This document shows, one piece after another, positions 16,736 through 22,283 of a stretch of DNA of 32,000 nt (within the stretch, counting starts at the first letter, position 1; every line of letters begins with the position of its first letter). This stretch comes from Candidatus Saccharimonadota bacterium (GTDB lineage Archaea; Nanobdellota; Nanobdellia; Pacearchaeales; GW2011-AR1). Location: the NCBI GenBank assembly GCA_017609205.1, contig JAFCEL010000001.1:1-32000 (forward strand), read 5' to 3'. Under the pieces are notes generated by a model, which was not told the origin of the DNA, did not search any database, and saw nothing but the letters and a program-made list of their open reading frames with translations. Both the position numbers and the translations under genes were made by a program.

Positions 16736-17833
16736 ATGAATATCCGTAGTGAAACTTATTTGGTACCTTATTCTTGTTATATTAATTTAACAAGTAAATG
16801 CAATCTTAGATGCAAACATTGTTTTGGGGATTATTCAATTAAACATAATAATGAATTAACATTAGAAGAATGGAAGAGAGTTATAGAAGATATAAAGAGA
16901 TCCAAAGTGTTTTTTGTAAATGTTTCTGGTGGAGAACCAACTCAGAGCCCTTATTTTTTGGAATTTATAAAATATCTATCAAAGAAAGGGATACATTTTA
17001 TATTAACGACCAATGGTGTTTTTTCAAACAGAATAAGGGATTTTATAATAAAAAATAGAGAATATTTAATTGGAGTAAAGATAAGTTTAGATGGTCCAGA
17101 TGCAAAAAGCCATTGTTTCGTGAGAGTTGATTCAAATGGTAAATGCAATCTAAATTTATTTAGGATTACCTTAAATAATATTTTCTTTTTCAAAAAACAT
17201 AAAATCCCTCTGACTATTGCGACAGTTTTACATAAAGAAAATATTAAAAAAATAGATAAATTTAGGAAATTAATCGAAGAAATTAACCCTATAAGTTGGT
17301 TTATTTCTCCAATAGTTCCGTTAGGAAGGGCGACATTAAATGAAATTTCTGAATGTTATGAATATTTTGATATTAATTTTTGGAATAACTTATCCACTAA
17401 GAATAGAAAGAAGAGAATCAATACAAGGATGATAGATTTGCCAATAAATACTGGGAAAAAGGGATTATCTGCTTATGAATGTGCAGGAGCATTGAATTTT
17501 TGTGAAATTCATTCTGATGGAACAGTTTCTCCTTGCCCTCTAAGTCGTATTTGCATACCTGAAACGGCTATAAAGTTTGAGAATATAAAAGAAAAATCTT
17601 TATGTGAAATTTGGGATGGGGAAGCATTCAGAAAATTTAGAAGTTATATGGATAAAGGTTGTGACGGTTGCAAAATGTTATCTAAATGTAATAAGTGTAT
17701 TGCTCAGAGTTTTAGATATTTTGGGGATGGTATCTCTCCAACCCCCTTTTGCATTAAAAAAGGAAAAGAATTAGGGATAAAGAATTTAAGAAAATATGAG
17801 CAAATATTAAAAGATAAATTTGGATTAATATAA
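16736..17833 (+). CDS. Radical SAM enzyme with C-terminal SPASM domain (peptide-modifying maturase type)
   Basis: CNLRCKHC (CX3CX2C) near the N-terminus and the GGEPT motif. C-terminal C-x12-G-x4-C (CAGALNFCEIHSDGTVSPC) followed by CDGCKMLSKCNKC, which fits the SPASM auxiliary-cluster pattern. Confidence 0.85.
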   Translation: MNIRSETYLVPYSCYINLTSKCNLRCKHCFGDYSIKHNNELTLEEWKRVIEDIKRSKVFFVNVSGGEPTQSPYFLEFIKYLSKKGIHFILTTNGVFSNRIRDFIIKNREYLIGVKISLDGPDAKSHCFVRVDSNGKCNLNLFRITLNNIFFFKKHKIPLTIATVLHKENIKKIDKFRKLIEEINPISWFISPIVPLGRATLNEISECYEYFDINFWNNLSTKNRKKRINTRMIDLPINTGKKGLSAYECAGALNFCEIHSDGTVSPCPLSRICIPETAIKFENIKEKSLCEIWDGEAFRKFRSYMDKGCDGCKMLSKCNKCIAQSFRYFGDGISPTPFCIKKGKELGIKNLRKYEQILKDKFGLI

Positions 17834-17834
17834 G

Positions 17835-18599
17835 ATGATCAAGACATTGAATAAACATATAAAATGGAGAAGAGATAAAGAAAAAATACTTATTTGTGAT
17901 TGTAAAAGATTAATAGATCTAAAAATGCCTTTTGAATTTGAGAATACACTAAGGAAAATTTGGAGAGGTGTAAATCCAGAGGACTTAAATAATGATGAGA
18001 AATTACTTTTTTTAGATTTTAAAAAATTAAAATTCTTAGCAAATTTAGAGATTCGCCAAATAACTATTAAAGAATTTTTAAGGGCAATGGAAATATTAGA
18101 TAATGAATTAGAAGTTCGAGTTAGAGATAATAAATTTTTATTGAAAAAATTCAAAGAATTTCCTAAATTTTTTATAGGAATTTTTTTAGATAACGAATTG
18201 ATTGGAATTATTTGTGGATTTCCTCGAGATGATTACTTTTTAATTAGCGAATTAGCAGTTGATTCCAGGTTTCAAGAAAGAGGATTTGGGAAAATGTTGG
18301 TTAAATACTTTGAAAAGGTAGTAAAAAAAGACTATAATAGAATTAATGTTGGTGCACAAGATAAAGTAATCGGGTTTTACAAAAATCTAGGTTACAAACA
18401 ATTATTGTTTATACAATATAAAAAAGGGGATTATTCTTTAGATAGTTTTAGGAATATTAATATTCTAAAAAACAATGATTGTAATAATATGATAATGTTA
18501 GAATGTGAAATTAGCAGATTGGATTTAAATTTTTTAGATAGATTAAGAAAAAAATATCCAAAAGCATATTTTCAGTATATCTTTACAAAAGAGCTGTAA
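17835..18599 (+). CDS. Fusion: N-terminal PqqD-like (RiPP recognition element-like) domain + C-terminal GNAT N-acetyltransferase
   Basis: The start is 1 nt after the radical SAM stop. The first ~90 aa (IKWRRDKEKILICDCKRLIDLKMPFEFENTLRKIWRGVNPEDL...) fit the PqqD/RRE beta-strand plus helix pattern, though this part of the call is tentative. C-terminal ELAVDSRFQERGFGKMLVKYFE matches GNAT motif A (Q/R-x-x-G-x-G). Confidence 0.6.
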   Translation: MIKTLNKHIKWRRDKEKILICDCKRLIDLKMPFEFENTLRKIWRGVNPEDLNNDEKLLFLDFKKLKFLANLEIRQITIKEFLRAMEILDNELEVRVRDNKFLLKKFKEFPKFFIGIFLDNELIGIICGFPRDDYFLISELAVDSRFQERGFGKMLVKYFEKVVKKDYNRINVGAQDKVIGFYKNLGYKQLLFIQYKKGDYSLDSFRNINILKNNDCNNMIMLECEISRLDLNFLDRLRKKYPKAYFQYIFTKEL

Positions 18600-18662
18600 C
18601 CTATGCAATAACAGGAGATTATATGGATAAAGACCCTATGTGTTTTAAGCATTTAATAAAAA

Positions 18663-19196
18663 ATGATTAATGTAAAAAAAACTAAAAGAGATTTTTTGGA
18701 ATTACTACATAAACCTTCAAAAAATAAAATTAAAAAAGTTTTAGATTTGGGTTGTGGAAGGTGTTTTTTATCATTGCCATTTGCAAATAATGCAGAAATA
18801 ATTGCAGTAGATAAAAAAAAGCAGATAATCAATAATAAAAATATTAGATTCGTCAATAAAGATATTCGTGGATTTAATTTTGAAAAAGAATATGATCTAA
18901 TAATTGCTTCTCTTGTGCTCCATTTTTTTAAAACTGAAGAAGCAACAAAAATTCTCGATAAAATAAAGTCTGCAACAACTAAGAGGGGTTATAATTTTTT
19001 AGTTTGTTTATCAAAAAAAGACAATTATGCAAAAATAAGACCTGAAAACTTCTATCCTGCTTTTTCTGAATTAGAGAGTATTTATTCTGATTGGAAAATT
19101 ATAAAAAAGAAAGTCGGAATAACAGAGGTTGAAGAACACAATTGTCAAGGACCTCATCAGCACCATCTCATTTTTTTATTGGTTCAAAAATCATAA
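18663..19196 (+). CDS. Class I SAM-dependent methyltransferase (small, TehB-like size)
   Basis: Motif I VLDLGCGRC, an acidic residue after beta-2 (IIAVDKK), and the DLIIASLVLHF motif. 177 aa. Confidence 0.75.
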   Translation: MINVKKTKRDFLELLHKPSKNKIKKVLDLGCGRCFLSLPFANNAEIIAVDKKKQIINNKNIRFVNKDIRGFNFEKEYDLIIASLVLHFFKTEEATKILDKIKSATTKRGYNFLVCLSKKDNYAKIRPENFYPAFSELESIYSDWKIIKKKVGITEVEEHNCQGPHQHHLIFLLVQKS

Positions 19197-19290
19197 TCTT
19201 ACATAATTAAATTTTAATTTTTTTATTGAGAATTACTACTGATCATGCTCGTACGAGGCTTTTGCCTAGCGAAAGTTTTATAGAGGTGAA

Positions 19291-19297
19291 AGGAGGT
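19291..19297 (+). promoter_or_regulatory. Strong Shine-Dalgarno-like element (AGGAGGT) for candidate precursor B
   Basis: AGGAGGT sits 4 nt upstream of the ATG at 19302. Most other genes in the window have no such element. Confidence 0.45.
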
Positions 19298-19301
19298 AAA
19301 A

Positions 19302-19484
19302 ATGAATCTTGAAAGTATTGGTTCATCTGAAACTGAGATCCCATCTCTAGTAGATCCATTAGTGTATGAGACAGATATTGAGGAGTATGGGGAGCCTAGA
19401 GAGATATATTGTGGATGTCCTTGTCCAAAAATATCCGCTCCAATATGGGCAGCAGGATTTGCTATATTTGATCCTTTAGGTTAA
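19302..19484 (+). CDS. 60-aa candidate RiPP precursor peptide B (acidic leader, CGCPCP-containing hydrophobic core)
   Basis: MNLESIGSSETEIPSLVDPLVYETDIEEYGEPREIYCGCPCPKISAPIWAAGFAIFDPLG. Last gene of the operon, with the best SD in the window. The acidic N-terminal two-thirds and Cys/Pro/hydrophobic C-terminal third give a typical leader/core architecture. Confidence 0.55.
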   Translation: MNLESIGSSETEIPSLVDPLVYETDIEEYGEPREIYCGCPCPKISAPIWAAGFAIFDPLG

Positions 19485-19787
19485 CCATTTACTAATTATC
19501 CAATTCCATTCTTTTCTTATTTTTTTTAATTTTTTTAGAAGTTTTTCTATTTCTTTCTTTTTTTCTTTACTCAAATTTAAATTTCCTGCTGTTAAGACTC
19601 CTCTCCATGTATTCTCCATATCATTGAATAAAGGATCAATGCCTTTCCCAATCCATGCTAAAAAAATTGATGTTCTATTCTGGTTTGTTAATTTTCTCAA
19701 ATTGTCTGCTAAATCTATAAACTCTTGATTCATATTTAAGGAAATTTTTTTACTTTTTCTTAATGTTTGTTTAGAGATATCTGTCAT
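19476..19787 (-). CDS. Putative ribbon-helix-helix (CopG-like) DNA-binding protein
   Basis: KKISLNMNQEFIDLADNLRKLTNQNRTSIFLAWIGKGI fits a beta-strand/helix/helix RHH pattern. Lys-rich coiled C-terminus. A palindrome lies in its own promoter. Confidence 0.4.
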   Translation of the reverse strand: MTDISKQTLRKSKKISLNMNQEFIDLADNLRKLTNQNRTSIFLAWIGKGIDPLFNDMENTWRGVLTAGNLNLSKEKKKEIEKLLKKLKKIRKEWNWIISKWLT

Positions 19788-19805
19788 CTTAATTAGTTTG
19801 TAATA

Positions 19806-19822
19806 TTTAGATAATATCTAAA
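19806..19822. promoter_or_regulatory. Perfect 8+1+8 inverted repeat TTTAGATA-A-TATCTAAA, candidate operator
   Basis: Read directly from the sequence. It lies between a TTTAAATA box (minus strand, about 19826-19838) and the ATG at 19787 of the RHH-like gene. Confidence 0.35.
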
Positions 19823-19851
19823 GAATATTTAAATCTTTCGGTTCCTTGGAT

Positions 19852-20330
19852 TTATAGAAAATAAATAGCTTTATTAATTATCGCCTCTCCGATTTTTCCC
19901 CAAGGACAATAGTTTAAAAATTCTTCTGGTTTGATAAATTTTCTTTTTAAGATTTGATTATATGCTGGATCAATTGTTTGATTATTCACTTTTGTGATTT
20001 TGGCCACATACCTCAATTGCTGATGTTCTGACTTGGGTTTGCCTATAAACCTTGAGTTCTGATAACCAAGTCTTATTATTTTATCAATCTCACAATCTCC
20101 TTCTTCTAATACTTCTCTAATTAATGTTTCCTCATAAGAGTGATCGTTTTTTTCTGGAGTCCCCCCAGGTAAAGACCAATTTTTTCCATCTAAACTAATA
20201 ATTAATATTTCTCCTTTTTAAAACATACTCCATAGACTTGGGTAATGTTAGGCAATTCTTCAAAATTGGTATTATCATACCAAATTATTTCAACCTTTTG
20301 TCCTTTATAATCAATGATCTGTTTTATCAT
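19852..20330 (-). pseudogene. NUDIX hydrolase disrupted by a 1-nt frameshift in a T4A5 homopolymer tract
   Basis: My own translation. The N-terminal frame, MIKQIIDYKGQKVEIIWYDNTNFEELPNITQVYGVCFKKEKY*, spans 20330-20202. The C-terminal frame runs from 20217: KGEILIISLDGKNWSLPGGTPEKNDHSYEETLIREVLEEGDCEI..., with the NUDIX box GX5EX7REUXEEXGU. The frames join if the A5 run at about 20215-20219 were A6. Confidence 0.65.
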
Positions 20331-20357
20331 ACAATAATAAGAATTTATCTTTTTAAG

Positions 20358-20380
20358 TCTTCTAATTCTTTTAATCTAAA
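20358..20380. repeat. 23-bp perfect direct repeat, copy 1 (TCTTCTAATTCTTTTAATCTAAA)
   Basis: Identical 23-mer at 21269-21291. Copy 1 ends 28 nt upstream (minus-strand sense) of the NUDIX ATG, and lies 15 nt from the point where the SagB-like reading frame opens. Confidence 0.85.
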
Positions 20381-20415
20381 AAGGGGAATCCTAATTTTAT
20401 AATTCTTACCGGGTT

Positions 20416-20637
20416 ATGAGCAGAACAGAAGTTAAGTATGGAATAAATGCGTATAGATTTGCTTTGCTGGAAGCAGGACATATAGGACAGAATATTTCTT
20501 TATTAGCTGAAAAAGAAAAATTGGGATGTTGTGCACTTGGAGGGTTTGATAATGACAAACTTTCTCAACTTCTGGATATTTCACAAGAAGACGAAATTCC
20601 TCTTTATGCTTTTTCTTTAGGTAATCCTGCTAGATAG
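20416..20637 (+). pseudogene. C-terminal remnant of a SagB/ThcOx-type (nitroreductase-superfamily) dehydrogenase
   Basis: KYGINAYRFALLEAGHIGQNISLLAEKEKLGCCALGGFDNDKLSQLLDI..EIPLYAFSLGNP matches the conserved C-terminal ~70 aa of SagB-type dehydrogenases. The frame is closed by TAA at 20392-20394, so about 150-200 N-terminal residues are missing. Confidence 0.6.
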
Positions 20638-21239
20638 TTTTTAAATTCTCTAATTATTGAATCTTCCCCTTTCTCATTGACAATTTCCCAAGATCTTTTA
20701 TAATCGGGATAAAATGAACTCATCTTAATTTCATTGTTTAATCTTTCTTCGTCAAAATATTTAAGAAAGATTTTCTTATGAATAGCATGGACTAATAAAT
20801 GTATTGTAGTATCAAATTTTTCTTTTTTATATTTCTCTAAGATAAAACCAAAATAATCTCCTATCTCTTTATCATTTTGGATAAGAAGATTATGGATAAG
20901 TTCGTGAATCATCATATCAATAAATCTCTCTGGGCTAAGTAAAAAAATATCTTTTCCTGATTGAAATTGAATTGGAATTGTAAGCGGGTCAGATATTGGC
21001 ATAATCGAACTAATTTTTATAACATAAACAGGAATTTTTTCTTTTTTCCATTTTAATCCTGTTATTTCTTCACAATAATCAAATATGTTTTGTTCTATTT
21101 TTCTCCAAACAGGTTCAATTCTTTTTATAAAAGAATTAACAAATTCTTCATATTTTTCATAATCAAATTTTTCATCAACTCTTGGATTGTGAATTACTTG
21201 CTCATAAATAAATGACCATACAAAATCTATTTTCATCAT
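20604..21239 (-). CDS. Hypothetical protein with HExxH metallopeptidase-like motif
   Basis: 211-aa ATG ORF with MMIHELIHNLL (HExxH) and a downstream His-rich helix (HLLVHAIH). TATTTAAATA box and the 23-bp repeat lie upstream. Confidence 0.45.
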   Translation of the reverse strand: MMKIDFVWSFIYEQVIHNPRVDEKFDYEKYEEFVNSFIKRIEPVWRKIEQNIFDYCEEITGLKWKKEKIPVYVIKISSIMPISDPLTIPIQFQSGKDIFLLSPERFIDMMIHELIHNLLIQNDKEIGDYFGFILEKYKKEKFDTTIHLLVHAIHKKIFLKYFDEERLNNEIKMSSFYPDYKRSWEIVNEKGEDSIIREFKNYLAGLPKEKA

Positions 21240-21268
21240 TTTATTAAATATAAAATTTATTTAAATAA

Positions 21269-21291
21269 TCTTCTAATTCTTTTAATCTAAA
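21269..21291. repeat. 23-bp perfect direct repeat, copy 2 (TCTTCTAATTCTTTTAATCTAAA)
   Basis: Identical to 20358-20380. It ends 30 nt upstream (minus-strand sense) of the ATG at 21239 and abuts the TATA-like box. Confidence 0.85.
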
Positions 21292-21356
21292 TAGGCTCAG
21301 TTAGCACCAGAGAAGATTAATAGGAACTTTTTTAAAGGTCTTTTTCTTTGGAATTT

Positions 21357-21788
21357 ATGAGGAGAGGTATGTTCTTGTCTTTATTGGGTTTAGTGTTATT
21401 TCTTTCTGTTGGCATGGTGAGTGCTAAGACTTTGATTACAGGGAAGATATACAATTTTGATTATAGTCAGACTATTGCAGGTGCTAATGTGGTTGTGGAT
21501 TGTAATGGGAATATACAGACGACGACGAGTGCAAGTGATGGATCTTATGTTGCAGTTTATAATGAAACTGGCGATGGTTCATGTGACAGTGGAGATGCAT
21601 TAGTTGTTAATGCGAGCCATTCAAGTTATGGATTTGGTTCTTTATCTGGGACTATAAATGATGATGCTTTTATGGAATGGGATTTGGCAATAGTCAATGT
21701 TCCATTAGTTCCTGAATTTGGATTCTTTATTTGTGGATTGACAATTCTTGGTGTGATTGGGATTTTCTTTTTAGTAAGAAGACAATAA
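21357..21788 (+). CDS. Secreted protein with carboxypeptidase-regulatory-like beta-sandwich domain and PEF-CTERM-like sorting signal
   Basis: The track start at 21348 is TTG. The ATG at 21357 gives MRRGMFLSLLGLVLFLSVGMVSA/K (Sec signal). GKIYN...IAGANVVVDCNGN...TSASDGSYV matches the CarboxypepD_reg-like pattern. The C-terminus is VPLVPEFGFFICGLTILGVIGIFFLVRRQ, i.e. PEF + TM helix + basic tail. Confidence 0.6.
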   Translation: MRRGMFLSLLGLVLFLSVGMVSAKTLITGKIYNFDYSQTIAGANVVVDCNGNIQTTTSASDGSYVAVYNETGDGSCDSGDALVVNASHSSYGFGSLSGTINDDAFMEWDLAIVNVPLVPEFGFFICGLTILGVIGIFFLVRRQ

Positions 21789-21841
21789 TTCAGACAATTT
21801 TAATTATTCTTGTTAAAACTTAAAGAAGATAGATTGGGCTA

Positions 21842-21916
21842 TGGCCCCGCTGGGATTTGAACCCAGGACACCTAGCTTAAAAGGCTAGTGCTCTAACCAG
21901 GCTGAGCTACGGAGCC
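21842..21916 (-). tRNA. tRNA-Lys (anticodon UUU), 75 nt, no intron, CCA not encoded
   Basis: RC reads GGCUCCG-UA-GCUC-AGCCUGGUUA-GAGC-A-CUAGC-CUUUUAA-GCUAG-GUGUC-CUGGG-UUCAAAU-CCCAG-CGGGGCC-A. All four stems pair, with one G-U in the acceptor stem. Confidence 0.9.
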
Positions 21917-22000
21917 TTATTGTAGACGAGATTAATCTACAATCTTATGTGAATAATTCATCTTAGTGAAAAGAGTTTAAAAAACTTCTCACCCAAAAGA

Positions 22001-22009
22001 TTTTTAAAC
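22001..22009 (+). promoter_or_regulatory. TATA-like box TTTTTAAAC upstream of the rpoH operon
   Basis: The same TTTTAAAC core recurs upstream of nusA (29039-29046), rps12 (29500-29508) and EF-2 (30964-30971). This copy is 68 nt from the rpoH ATG. Confidence 0.3.
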
Positions 22010-22076
22010 CAAATTTTGTTATCTTTTATTATTGCAAAGTTGTTAAAGATAATGTAAATTTTGCGACAAACTCAAA

Positions 22077-22283
22077 ATGCATATTCTACAGCCCAAACAT
22101 TCTAAGTTAAATGAAAAAGAGACCAGTGAGTTGTTATCAAATTTAAATGTTTCAAAGGCACAATTACCGAAGATATTATTGTCTGATCCTGCACTTCCTG
22201 AGGGGTGTGATGTTGGAGATGTTATAAAAATAGAGAGAAAGGAGGGGGATAAAACAATTGTGTTTTTCAGGGTTGTTGTATAA
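22077..22283 (+). CDS. rpoH: DNA-directed RNA polymerase subunit H (Rpo5/Rpb5 C-terminal domain)
   Basis: 68 aa. HILQPKHSKL...ETSELL...LPKI...DP...GDVIKIER matches RpoH. The stop overlaps the rpoB ATG (TAATG). Confidence 0.85.
   Translation: MHILQPKHSKLNEKETSELLSNLNVSKAQLPKILLSDPALPEGCDVGDVIKIERKEGDKTIVFFRVVV

Noticed and set aside
19248-19257. 10-bp perfect palindrome CTCGTACGAG in the methyltransferase-precursor B spacer
   Set aside because: It is conspicuously GC-rich for this DNA. It is too short for a stable terminator hairpin (3-bp stem around GTAC) and has no second copy. It might be a protein-binding or restriction-type site, but nothing further supports a function.
21921-21943. Inverted repeat TTGTAGA-N9-TCTACAA immediately upstream of the tRNA-Lys 5' end
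   Set aside because: It could be a promoter-proximal element or a pre-tRNA leader structure. The 7-bp AT-rich stem is weak, is not repeated elsewhere in the window, and has no testable implication from sequence alone.
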